A DNA stretch of 64,000 bases from a virus (taxonomy: Duplodnaviria; Heunggongvirae; Uroviricota; Caudoviricetes). The notes beneath the pieces were generated by a model that was not told where the DNA came from, did no database searches, and worked only from the letters and a program-made list of their open reading frames with translations. Where the stretch lies: positions 64,001 through 128,000 of the IMG/VR virus record IMGVR_UViG_3300009709_000001. One strand, given 5' to 3'. Positions within the stretch are counted from its first letter, which is position 1. Each line of letters starts with the position of its first letter. The translations under genes and the position numbers were made by a program. Below are positions 1 to 9,004 of this stretch, piece by piece.

Positions 1-534
1 ACCGAGCAAAGGGCCTTCCGAGACAACTGGGTCGATTGGACTATGTTGAGCATTTGGATCCGATTGCATAGTTGGACCGTTGATACGTGCCATTGCTGCA
101 TCTCGTACTTTTCTTTCTATCAACTCGTCAGGAAAACGATATTTGCTCGAACGGTAGTGTTTCATACCATCTCTGACACATTCGTCGAAGTCTTGGGAAG
201 TTGCACCTCCAAGACGGAATGAATCATGAACAAAGTCAGCAAGACCATTAACAACATGGACTAAATCCGGAGATTCAAAACTCATCAAGGCAAATTCACG
301 CAGGTTCTTAATACCTTCGAGAACCAAGAGTCTCTTCGAGATTTCTGGAGATACTTTGGCATCATCGCCCTTGATCTTCAAGTCAAGGATTTCGTCCTCA
401 ATTTTCTCCATGATAGCGACTAGGTCCCTATCACTAACATCTTCCGCAATCTTAAATCCGTAATTTGTTTCGAGGTGCTGATTTATTTTCTTGAATGTTG
501 AAGTTGGTGAATTACCAATATCGTTTAAAAACAT
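1..534 (-). CDS. hypothetical late/virion protein, runs off the window edge (MFLNDIGNSPTSTFKKINQ...)
   Basis: ATG at 534 with an open frame to position 1; GATAAATA motif upstream at 565-572; absent from the ORF track because truncated. Confidence 0.75.
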   Translation of the reverse strand, partial: MFLNDIGNSPTSTFKKINQHLETNYGFKIAEDVSDRDLVAIMEKIEDEILDLKIKGDDAKVSPEISKRLLVLEGIKNLREFALMSFESPDLVHVVNGLADFVHDSFRLGGATSQDFDECVRDGMKHYRSSKYRFPDELIERKVRDAAMARINGPTMQSDPNAQHSPIDPVVSEGPLLG

Positions 535-582
535 ATAAATCGTTCCTGTTAAGTTTATTTCTAGTATTTATCATTACCTAGC

Positions 583-1032
583 CTATTTCACTCTCTTGAA
601 AACGGAGATCTTGTCCCTGGTCATCTTGGCTAATGTTTCTGATACTTGAAATTTATCTTCAAGTATAGCCATTCTTTCATGATCGTGATTTTTCTTAGCA
701 CCACGGATGCAGTGCAGGTAATGTATCATATCAGTGTGATACTTAGAAAATTTCTCTTCTAAGTCTAGAACACGCCGTATGATTGAAGTTTCACCAGAAT
801 TATAACGTTGGGCGACAATAATTGCAACGTCGAAAACAGAAATGTCCTCATAAATCGGTGTCTTATCAAATTTCAACACATCATAGAAACCCTTGGCGTT
901 CTTTGTTACAAAGACATTACCAATGAGTGTTGATTTCTTGTCCATAGGAATAGGATACCCTCTACTAATGGCGAATGTGGCAGCGCGATCAGTTGCTCTT
1001 TCGAGCTTTGCGAGTATCTCTGGTCTTTCCAT
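583..1032 (-). CDS. hypothetical protein
   Basis: 149-aa ORF, GAGG upstream, tightly packed in operon. Confidence 0.75.
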   Translation of the reverse strand: MERPEILAKLERATDRAATFAISRGYPIPMDKKSTLIGNVFVTKNAKGFYDVLKFDKTPIYEDISVFDVAIIVAQRYNSGETSIIRRVLDLEEKFSKYHTDMIHYLHCIRGAKKNHDHERMAILEDKFQVSETLAKMTRDKISVFKRVK

Positions 1033-1033
1033 G

Positions 1034-1810
1034 TTACCTCTTGAAACCGTTATTTGTTCTAGATGCTGTTCTCTTGCCCCTTACTGCAAGATTGGATGAT
1101 AGCAAACCAGATGCCTGATTAGGCTTTGTATCACCGATAATGGTTTTTGGTGGGCCATCTGGTGTATATTCTGGTGCTGGTTGTTCATTAGTCGGTTGTC
1201 TGCGCTTAACTCCGCCCATTGCTGAAGGAGCCATTGCAATTGCGCCAGCACCGGTTGCTCCACCACTGCAATTCTCACCAATACCAGCTAAAGTTTTCAT
1301 TCTGTTAAGTTCGGCTTCTTCTTGTGTTGGCTGAGTTACACCCGGTTGCTGTTGCTGACCAATTTGGTGATTGGTCCCGCCTTGTGCCATAAATGGTTCC
1401 AAGTCGTCGATATTCATCCATTCATCTTGTCCAGTAGTTGGATTCTTGACTTGAACACCACCCTGTGCCATATTGACATTCGAAACCTGACCGGGAACAG
1501 GAGCGCCGCCCTGACCCTTCAATCCAACTGTCATACCTGGCTCAAGTGGTGCACCTTTTCCTGCCCAGGTCTTTGGACCTTGTTGCGGACCCGATGCAGC
1601 CTGTTGTGGTGTGCCAGATTGTGGCGAAATTGTTTGTCCCGATGGTGGTGCAATATCTGCACTTGCTTCGACAAGCTTGTGATATTCAGCAAAGCTCATT
1701 TCAGAGATAACTTTCTTTGCTTGGGCAATATCGATGTTTCTATTTTCAGCAACAATCGATGCAAGCTGATCAAGCTGCATTTCTCTTGCAAATTCTGTTA
1801 AGTTTTTCAT
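1034..1810 (-). CDS. hypothetical virion (head-internal?) protein
   Basis: 258-aa Q/G/P-rich ORF; MKNLTEFARE N-terminus; ATGA overlap with upstream gene. Confidence 0.7.
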   Translation of the reverse strand: MKNLTEFAREMQLDQLASIVAENRNIDIAQAKKVISEMSFAEYHKLVEASADIAPPSGQTISPQSGTPQQAASGPQQGPKTWAGKGAPLEPGMTVGLKGQGGAPVPGQVSNVNMAQGGVQVKNPTTGQDEWMNIDDLEPFMAQGGTNHQIGQQQQPGVTQPTQEEAELNRMKTLAGIGENCSGGATGAGAIAMAPSAMGGVKRRQPTNEQPAPEYTPDGPPKTIIGDTKPNQASGLLSSNLAVRGKRTASRTNNGFKR

Positions 1811-2307
1811 ATTGAATCCATCCTAGTAAAGGCAATGTTCTGTGCCCATCCTGATGGACTACCCTGAACAGTTGTAATTCTTACACCACTTGGAATGATG
1901 ACGCCATCTAAATCGTCAATAAGCAGGCCGACCGGGCCTGCTGTTCCAAATGGAGTGAAGTTGTAAAATTGAACTCCTCGTTCAACTGCGAATTTCCAGA
2001 TATAACCTTCTCCAGACAATTCTAATGTATAGTCGGCAAGTTGCAGAACTGCAATAGGATCGGAGAGAACAACTGGCATAGCCCTAAGACCGATGCTCAT
2101 TAAAAGAACTTCAAAGTTCTTTTGACTTTCATCAAGTGGACTACCAGTTACCTGAATATTCAACAAACGTGGAATTTCTTGATTTGGCGGCGGATTCGGA
2201 TTAGGATCTGTAAATGCACCAGGTGAGGATGCATAGCAGACATAATACTGCAAATCGGCAGTTAAGTTCTGCATTGAAGATGCTGCACCGTGAATTTGTT
2301 TTGGCAT
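1807..2307 (-). CDS. putative virion structural protein, paralog family A
   Basis: N-terminal xxHGxxxxxQxLT motif shared with neighbours; AAGGA RBS; GGTAAATA upstream. Confidence 0.6.
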   Translation of the reverse strand: MPKQIHGAASSMQNLTADLQYYVCYASSPGAFTDPNPNPPPNQEIPRLLNIQVTGSPLDESQKNFEVLLMSIGLRAMPVVLSDPIAVLQLADYTLELSGEGYIWKFAVERGVQFYNFTPFGTAGPVGLLIDDLDGVIIPSGVRITTVQGSPSGWAQNIAFTRMDSI

Positions 2308-2343
2308 TCTTATTCCTTATCTTTGATATTTACCTGGGTTTTA

Positions 2344-3267
2344 TTACGGAGTAGAACCAATCTGGAGGTCCCAGTTATTCTGATCTCTACAAATTAAGAT
2401 CAGTTCCTGAGTTACGTCCATTTCGAGAGAATCTGTACTACCGAGGTCAGTTTGAATAAGATCTCCGATTGCACCAACGTTTACAAAAACGGTAATTCCG
2501 ACTTCTTTTGCAATATGAATTGCTGTTCCCAGAACTGCACCGACAGTTAATGCCGGTAATGTAACTGTTCCTGCCGAAGTAACATAATACTTCTTGCTTA
2601 TGAGTAATGGTGTTCCTGCCGGAATTGCAATGTAATCATCTGAACCAGATGCAGTAGAATCAATTGTGACCGAATTTGTTAATGAATCGGTTGTAAGAAC
2701 GATGTTCGTACCAGCGACAAGAGTTAATGTATCGGCACCGGTTGCTACAAGTTGGTTTTGACCTGCAACATCGACAAATGCAAAGGCATTTGATGTAACG
2801 CCGATTGGAGAGAATATTAATCCTGGGCCTGTCGAATTAACCGTAACAACATAATTTTCGGCACCTGCATAAGTGTCCGGAGTATCAGTTAAATCAAGAA
2901 AGGATTCATCATTGCAATCGCAACCCCAAATGTAAGGAACTCTTTTAACGGTTACTTGAGATAGGTTTAAATGATCGGATCCTACGTTAGTTCCTAAATT
3001 TCTAATCATTGTCTGAAGAGAAATTTCGGTCCAGGTAGATCTACCAGCTTCCAGAGCAAACGAAAGATTCTGCTCGTTTGGATTCATGATGTTGATATAT
3101 GTACTTTCGGAGATATTCGTGAAAATTATCTCCGCTGCAGAGTAGGGTACTGGCTGTCCGTATTGATTAATGGCACCGCTGAAATCTGCCCCGCAAACCA
3201 CATAATGGGCGAGTGAACCTGTCAGTACCTGTTCGTCAAAAACTCCACCTGTTGTCCTTAATGGCAT
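2344..3267 (-). CDS. putative virion structural protein, paralog family A with beta-rich C-terminal extension
   Basis: MPLRTTGGVFDEQVLTG; shares PVPxSAAEI with 3354-3926; T/G/V-rich C-terminus; late motif at 3293-3300. Confidence 0.65.
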   Translation of the reverse strand: MPLRTTGGVFDEQVLTGSLAHYVVCGADFSGAINQYGQPVPYSAAEIIFTNISESTYINIMNPNEQNLSFALEAGRSTWTEISLQTMIRNLGTNVGSDHLNLSQVTVKRVPYIWGCDCNDESFLDLTDTPDTYAGAENYVVTVNSTGPGLIFSPIGVTSNAFAFVDVAGQNQLVATGADTLTLVAGTNIVLTTDSLTNSVTIDSTASGSDDYIAIPAGTPLLISKKYYVTSAGTVTLPALTVGAVLGTAIHIAKEVGITVFVNVGAIGDLIQTDLGSTDSLEMDVTQELILICRDQNNWDLQIGSTP

Positions 3268-3310
3268 AATGTGGTTCCTTCAATATTTCGTATATTTATC
3301 CGAAAATCCA

Positions 3311-3336
3311 AAAGAAAAGGCACCCGAAGGTGCCTC
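3311..3336 (-). terminator. intrinsic terminator
   Basis: AGGCACC-TTCG-GGTGCCT followed by a U-tract on the minus strand. Confidence 0.8.
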
Positions 3337-3353
3337 AAGTCGGAGGGACGACT

Positions 3354-3926
3354 TTATGCCAAGGTGTAATAGGTTGCAGTTCCTAACGAGAAGGAAACTT
3401 CGGTAACAGTGCATGCCGCGAACGACGCGGTAGCTGTTACAGGCGGTGTTGCAGGATTAGCTGCACCAACGGTGATATAAACGGTTGCATTAGGCAATGC
3501 CTGAAGTGCTGCTTGCATTTCAACTGCTGCACCGGTTGGGCTTGTTGGAAGTTGCTCTTCATCTGCATCAGCCGGTGGTGCATCATAAGCAGGAACATCC
3601 GAACCCCATCCGAACGCAGAAGCAGAAACTGCAATATGCAACTCGGTTGTTGCACCGTATACATTTGGAAGAAGGCCGATAACTACGATATCAGATTTCT
3701 TAGTGATCTCACGCAGAACAATTTCGGCTGCACTATTTGGTACAGGCTTCTTATCTGCTACTTGATAATAGGTTGTTGTGTTTGGATTACCACCAGATAC
3801 TGTTACTGGAAGGTTAACCGAACCATCGGATACTGTCCAGGCGAATGGGCCAGTGATCTTGAAAAATCTCATGCCACCGGTCAATGTCTGATCATTGATG
3901 ATACCCCCGTTTACGCGGAAAACCAT
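3354..3926 (-). CDS. putative virion structural protein, paralog family A
   Basis: MVFRVNGGIINDQTLTG; AAGGAG RBS. Confidence 0.65.
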   Translation of the reverse strand: MVFRVNGGIINDQTLTGGMRFFKITGPFAWTVSDGSVNLPVTVSGGNPNTTTYYQVADKKPVPNSAAEIVLREITKKSDIVVIGLLPNVYGATTELHIAVSASAFGWGSDVPAYDAPPADADEEQLPTSPTGAAVEMQAALQALPNATVYITVGAANPATPPVTATASFAACTVTEVSFSLGTATYYTLA

Positions 3927-3928
3927 AA

Positions 3929-4501
3929 TTAAACTCCTTTGTTTCGTCTTTTCTGGGCTTCGCGTCTTGCTTCAGACCAGGGTTTATTTTTCTTAGACTC
4001 GGACATCTTTCTTTTTGTTTCCTCTGTATGAGGCACGGAATGATGGCCAGGTCTACCTGTTTGTAATTCCGATATTCTTCTTTTCGATTCTTCGGAATGT
4101 GTTCTTCCTTTAAAAGGACTAGGTTTACCGTATAAATGATGTTCTGTTCCCGATTTTTGATTAGCCGGGGTTAAACAACCAGTTCTGCCTGCCCAATGAA
4201 CATTAAATCCTTTTTCGTTATCGAAAGTATTAGTTTCTTTATTTCCGATACCGAATAAGATCATATATTCGTTTTCTTTATTCTCCAAATCAACCGCCTC
4301 GATATTTTCTTCTAATATTTCAAAAACAAAATCTTTCGAACTATATTTGTTCCAAGCGTTTTGTAGATGTGGATTGAAGTTTAAATTTCTATTTAGAGCA
4401 GATCTGTGTGATATCCATCTACTCTGTATATTTACACTACTGCCGATATAACGCTTTCCGGAAGAAATTTGTGTTATCGAATAAATTCCCGAGACCTTCA
4501 T
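3929..4501 (-). CDS. GIY-YIG homing endonuclease with NUMOD3 repeats
   Basis: SGIYSI..KRYIGSS..R..H motif and HSEESKRRIS/HTEETKRKMS repeats; start re-called at 4501, directly after late motif 4506-4513. Confidence 0.9.
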   Translation of the reverse strand: MKVSGIYSITQISSGKRYIGSSVNIQSRWISHRSALNRNLNFNPHLQNAWNKYSSKDFVFEILEENIEAVDLENKENEYMILFGIGNKETNTFDNEKGFNVHWAGRTGCLTPANQKSGTEHHLYGKPSPFKGRTHSEESKRRISELQTGRPGHHSVPHTEETKRKMSESKKNKPWSEARREAQKRRNKGV

Positions 4502-4536
4502 CGTATATTTATCAAGTTTCAAGGAATTTCGGAAAT

Positions 4537-4563
4537 AAAAAAAGGACTCCGTAGAGTCCTTTG
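4537..4563 (-). terminator. intrinsic terminator
   Basis: AAAGGACTC-TACG-GAGTCCTTT plus U-tract. Confidence 0.8.
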
Positions 4564-4583
4564 TATCTGATTCACAGGTCTGA

Positions 4584-5174
4584 TTAGGACTGTGTGAGTT
4601 CGACTGGGTAGTAGCCTGGAGTACCAGTTGGGCTGTTGGTTGGGGTAGCACCAGAAGTTGCACCTGGACCAATTTCCAAATCGCCGTTTGCTGCGGTCGC
4701 AACAGGCATTGTACCGTTCCAAGCAACAAATTCCATATTGAATGTAACTGCGGAGTTAAGAACACCAACGGTTGCACCAACAACGTTTGTTGGAGCTGCA
4801 CCAGCGGTAGTAACCTTAGCTTGAGCATTGAGGACTGGAATAACGGTAGCGATGATACCGTTAACATCCGAGAACCAACCTTCTGCAAAGCCGAGCATAA
4901 CGTCAACCGAAGTTGTTGCTACGTTATACTTGGAAATACCAAGAACGGTTGCCTTTGTTTCCAAAGTCTTCAAAGCCTGAACCATTGCGGATTCAACTAC
5001 GTCGAAAGACGAGTCGGCAACAGTACCAGCACCAGCTGGAGTGGTTGTACCTAGAACAACGAGATCAGCTGCTGCGAGAGCAGAGATGTCCTTGCTGAAA
5101 GTAAGCTTAACGAAAGTGACTTGCTTTTCAACCCAGATACCAGGGTAAGCTGCACCATTTACTTTTTGAGTCAT
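4584..5174 (-). CDS. putative abundant virion structural protein, paralog family A
   Basis: MTQKVNGAA N-terminus, A/T/G/V-rich, biased codons, AAGGAGA RBS, own late motif (5220-5227) and terminator. Confidence 0.65.
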   Translation of the reverse strand: MTQKVNGAAYPGIWVEKQVTFVKLTFSKDISALAAADLVVLGTTTPAGAGTVADSSFDVVESAMVQALKTLETKATVLGISKYNVATTSVDVMLGFAEGWFSDVNGIIATVIPVLNAQAKVTTAGAAPTNVVGATVGVLNSAVTFNMEFVAWNGTMPVATAANGDLEIGPGATSGATPTNSPTGTPGYYPVELTQS

Positions 5175-5218
5175 GATAAATCTCCTTGATTTTGTGATTG
5201 GTTTCCCAATTCATAAAG

Positions 5219-6100
5219 TTATTTATCATCTCGGTTGAAATATGCTTCAATTTCCGGCGGATACGCAAACTCTTTTGCCAGTTTCCAATCCTGAAAATTC
5301 TCTGCAATTCGCTTCCAAATGCGTTCTTGATCGGTCATTCCGTAGTTTCTTTTAACTGCGGCCATGATTGTTTCAAGACTTTCCAGGTCTGCTGCTGTAC
5401 CATCAACTTCGAATAAGACTTTTGCAACAAAATCGGTATCGAAATATGGACCTTCAGTAACCTGATCATCCTGTTTACGCATCCACACATTGGTATGGGA
5501 CTGTCTCTTGCTTGTTCGCAGAACCTGGATGAAGCCATGTGGACTCCATTTCCAACGCTTTAGGCGAATTGGTCGATTAAACGTATCAACTTCTTCAGAT
5601 TTTTCAAGAACAGTCATCGCGGTGATTGCCGCAATGGCTAGATTTCTGTGTCCGCCCTTATATGCCGATGTATCACCAGGGCTTGCATGGTAAACTCTTT
5701 CCCACTGTGCATTACCGATATTGAAATCGATTTGCACAAATCCTGTACGTGGAAGGAGCTCATTTTTGGTATTATCGAAACCAACAATTGGATACTTGAG
5801 GTGTACCATGTCACCATTTCGAGCAACATTTTCCTTGCCATAAACAAATCGCAAGAAATCAATGAGATCTGCAACAATCCATCTGCACCAGTCTCGGTCC
5901 AACACTAAGTCAATGTCGCCTGAGTATTCGCGTTTTCCTGTAGAACCAAGTACGAAATCGTTAAGGTTTACAGGGGATAGGTTCATCTCCTTTGACAATT
6001 TGTCAAGAGTTGGCTTAATTTCTGTAACGTGGATGGTTCCACACCCCGAAATGGCGGAGCCCCCATTGTCTGAGGGCTCCTTGATGTAATTTAGTTTCAT
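5219..6100 (-). CDS. Pol-beta superfamily nucleotidyltransferase
   Basis: LGSTGK..SGDIDL (GS..DxD) motif plus third Asp in VQIDF. Confidence 0.75.
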   Translation of the reverse strand: MKLNYIKEPSDNGGSAISGCGTIHVTEIKPTLDKLSKEMNLSPVNLNDFVLGSTGKREYSGDIDLVLDRDWCRWIVADLIDFLRFVYGKENVARNGDMVHLKYPIVGFDNTKNELLPRTGFVQIDFNIGNAQWERVYHASPGDTSAYKGGHRNLAIAAITAMTVLEKSEEVDTFNRPIRLKRWKWSPHGFIQVLRTSKRQSHTNVWMRKQDDQVTEGPYFDTDFVAKVLFEVDGTAADLESLETIMAAVKRNYGMTDQERIWKRIAENFQDWKLAKEFAYPPEIEAYFNRDDK

Positions 6101-6339
6101 TCTTCGATCAATTCATCGAGTGATAAGTCATATTCCTTGAGCAAACTATCGAAATGCTTACGAGATTTCTTTCCTCGCCTCCAGGCCTTAATAATCCTGT
6201 TCTTGATGCGAGTTACGTTGATTCCTTTGCTTGCTCGCCTCTTTAGTCCTCTAAGTAATCGAATGTATTGACTACCTTTAAGGACATCTCCTAAAGATAC
6301 ACTTTCATCCGTTACTGCTGTGATTTCGTCTAGTCTCAT
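6097..6339 (-). CDS. small basic hypothetical protein
   Basis: 80-aa ORF, ATGA coupling to downstream gene. Confidence 0.65.
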   Translation of the reverse strand: MRLDEITAVTDESVSLGDVLKGSQYIRLLRGLKRRASKGINVTRIKNRIIKAWRRGKKSRKHFDSLLKEYDLSLDELIEE

Positions 6340-7411
6340 CTTCTGCCCGATTTATCTTGAATGCGAATAACTCAAGCGTGCGACGATCTACAGCCCCGGT
6401 ATATCTGAATTCTCTGCTCATTTGTTGAACATAAATTCTCTTCGCATGCTTCTCTTTCTTATATTTATCAAGAAGAGACAAAATTGTTTCCCGGCTTGAT
6501 ACCTTGTCAAGAGAATTACGGACTTCCCAGACGAACTTATGTATTACTCCGAATGTATCCTTATCGACAAGTTTAACCATTTTGCCGGTTGTTTTATGTT
6601 TCAGGACCACACCTTCAATCCATCCACCCAAGGGGCCATACTTGCTACCCTTACCACGAACAATATTGTTCAACAGAATTGCCTTTAACGGAAGGATATA
6701 CTTACGTTGAAGAATTTCTCGAATACTTTCTCTTCGAATCTTGGCCTGGGCTCGATCAGCAACTGGTAATTTCGATAGATTCAATGTGGCAAGTTCATAA
6801 ACAGTCTTGCCGGGTTGGTTTGATTGTTCAGCAAGTCGACTAACAAGCCTTTCTCGTTCGAGATCGATATATGCTTCAAGTTTAATTTCATCGATCTCGA
6901 CAACCGGAACTCGACCAAAACCCCACTTCTGAGTATTAGTCTCAAGTCGAATGTTAATACCGTCATTTGTGAATGGGGACTGCAGGGTCACCGTTAGGGA
7001 ATGACCGGAGAACTCCAGTCCCAACCGGTCAATATCAACCGAACCTGCAGTGGTGCGCAGGAAGACAATATGACTAATATCACCGAGGTAGGGAACAACG
7101 TTCGGGAGTTCCCCGTGCAATACTTCAATCTCAACCTGATCACCTGACTTCATGCCAGCCGCCAATAGTTTCGATAGGGATTCCTTCAATGCCACATGAG
7201 CAAATCGTTGATATGTGGTGCTGAACCCGATTTCATACTCTGCTACATTATAGACGCGAGTAGTACCACGGGAGGTATAAAAACCTTGATCATCGATACC
7301 GAATAGAAGTTGAGCACCATCAAGCTTCTCGGTAGCTTCATAATCCGAGATGTTGGTGATTACATCAATTAGTTCTAGTAAGGGTAAATCTTCGAAGTGT
7401 TTAATGCTCAT
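6305..7411 (-). CDS. ATP-dependent ligase/covalent nucleotidyltransferase-like protein (RNA ligase-like)
   Basis: ATEKLDG (motif I KxDG), IEGVVLK (motif IV), VKLV (motif V). Confidence 0.65.
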   Translation of the reverse strand: MSIKHFEDLPLLELIDVITNISDYEATEKLDGAQLLFGIDDQGFYTSRGTTRVYNVAEYEIGFSTTYQRFAHVALKESLSKLLAAGMKSGDQVEIEVLHGELPNVVPYLGDISHIVFLRTTAGSVDIDRLGLEFSGHSLTVTLQSPFTNDGINIRLETNTQKWGFGRVPVVEIDEIKLEAYIDLERERLVSRLAEQSNQPGKTVYELATLNLSKLPVADRAQAKIRRESIREILQRKYILPLKAILLNNIVRGKGSKYGPLGGWIEGVVLKHKTTGKMVKLVDKDTFGVIHKFVWEVRNSLDKVSSRETILSLLDKYKKEKHAKRIYVQQMSREFRYTGAVDRRTLELFAFKINRAEDETRRNHSSNG

Positions 7412-7944
7412 TTTTTAGATCGGCCAAGCTGTGTGTTTTCGTGTTCTTTCACGAGTTCAGCTCTGCCCAATCTTTCTTCCTTCACAATCGATGTGAAGAT
7501 TTCCCTAATGTCTTCGACCACTGCTTTACCATGGAAGTGTACCGATTCTGTAAAGCCGTATTCCTTTTCTAGGAATGCAATCAAGTCTTTTTCGAGACCA
7601 TTTTGTCTGGCATAATCGGCAATCTTCTGTACCGCAGGGCTTGTCTCAGGTTCGTCAAATTCACCTTTTTTCGTAGGATCTTCGCCGAATACTTGGACAA
7701 ATATTTTCTTTACCTCAGGTTTGCTGAACCCATGCGCTAATAATAGCCCCTCTATGTCACGGGTGTCATCTGGAAACCCAGCATCCGCCCAAGCTTTTTG
7801 AAGTTCTGCAGCATCAATCGTTGGCTTTCTTAAGCTCTTGATGTATTTCGCTGGACCTTTTGGTGTATTTCTATCCGATACTGCTTTCTTAAAGATTGCT
7901 TTGGTATCGGCACGATTAAGTTGTACTTCGAATAATTTACGCAT
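7408..7944 (-). CDS. hypothetical protein
   Basis: 178-aa ORF in coupled operon. Confidence 0.75.
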   Translation of the reverse strand: MRKLFEVQLNRADTKAIFKKAVSDRNTPKGPAKYIKSLRKPTIDAAELQKAWADAGFPDDTRDIEGLLLAHGFSKPEVKKIFVQVFGEDPTKKGEFDEPETSPAVQKIADYARQNGLEKDLIAFLEKEYGFTESVHFHGKAVVEDIREIFTSIVKEERLGRAELVKEHENTQLGRSKK

Positions 7945-8695
7945 CTGTCAATGCCCTCCAAAGAGATTTTCTTTGTGCATCCGACATAACATCTCGAATA
8001 ACTCTTTTTAGTTTGTTTAACTCTTCGGCTCGTTCTTCGGGCGATTTTTCGGAAGAAACTGGCGGAACGCTCTTCTTGTTATCCACGTCGGGAGATTGCT
8101 GGGACGCTTGCGAACCCGATAGTATTTTGAAGACTTCTTCGACATCTTTCTCATCTAGTTCAAACCCCTGTTCTTCACGGAAGTCCTCACGCAGACCTTT
8201 CTTCTTAAGCCATTTCTTAAATCGACCTTCGGGCTTCTCTTGTTTAGGTTCATCGGGGATGTCTCTATAGTCGACATCTGACACATCGGCTAAAGGATCG
8301 TGCCCGAGCTGCTTCGTCTGCAGCGGAGCATCCAAAGCAGGTCTTTCTTTGTTCCCAATTTTCTGTTGACCAGGTCCGACTTGCTTAGGTGGAAAGGCAC
8401 CAGGGCGCATTTCGCTATGATGCCAAGTTGATAAATCGGAACTTGGAATAGGTTTGTTTTGAAGCTTACCTGGTTGTCTACCAATTGCTTTCTTAGACAA
8501 TACCATATGAATGGCATTAGCAATTTGGTCAGGTGTATAATCTGTCTTCAACTCTAGAAAGTCTGAAAGATCGCTCGCAGTTACCGATCTTTTATAGTTT
8601 AGCTTTCCGGTATTCGGATCAGATTTTAAATCGACAATTTGGTTGTTCTTTAGATATTGAATCCAACTCTTTGTCAGTTGTGGATTAATTGCCAT
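7937..8695 (-). CDS. hypothetical protein
   Basis: 252-aa ORF in coupled operon. Confidence 0.75.
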   Translation of the reverse strand: MAINPQLTKSWIQYLKNNQIVDLKSDPNTGKLNYKRSVTASDLSDFLELKTDYTPDQIANAIHMVLSKKAIGRQPGKLQNKPIPSSDLSTWHHSEMRPGAFPPKQVGPGQQKIGNKERPALDAPLQTKQLGHDPLADVSDVDYRDIPDEPKQEKPEGRFKKWLKKKGLREDFREEQGFELDEKDVEEVFKILSGSQASQQSPDVDNKKSVPPVSSEKSPEERAEELNKLKRVIRDVMSDAQRKSLWRALTDA

Positions 8696-8966
8696 CTAGG
8701 TCAGTTTCCTCATTGACCCCAGTCTTAATTCGATTAACCATACGAGTAAAACGATTAGGATCTGCACCGCGGATACTGGAGACAAAACGCTTCTTTAATG
8801 CTTCGGCTTCTTCTGGGGAAAAAGCCTCGTCGATTGACTCCAACAGATTGATAGCCGAAACTATAATGTGTTGGGCACGCGACTCGATAATATCTTCCTT
8901 GCTCTTCTGAGGAACACAGGCACTGATCTCTTCTAAAATAGATCTACTTCTGCGATTTATAGACAA
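8685..8966 (-). CDS. hypothetical protein
   Basis: 93-aa ORF, TTG start with GGAG RBS, late motif at 8991-8998. Confidence 0.7.
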   Translation of the reverse strand: MSINRRSRSILEEISACVPQKSKEDIIESRAQHIIVSAINLLESIDEAFSPEEAEALKKRFVSSIRGADPNRFTRMVNRIKTGVNEETDLDGN

Positions 8967-9004
8967 TTTCAGTCTCCGGTTGCTTTAAGCTATTTATCTG
9001 GATT

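Noticed and set aside
4502-4906. N-terminal extension of the GIY-YIG ORF (possible frameshift fusion with 4584-5174)
   Set aside because: It overlaps a real gene in another frame and crosses a terminator and late promoter; no slippery site seen
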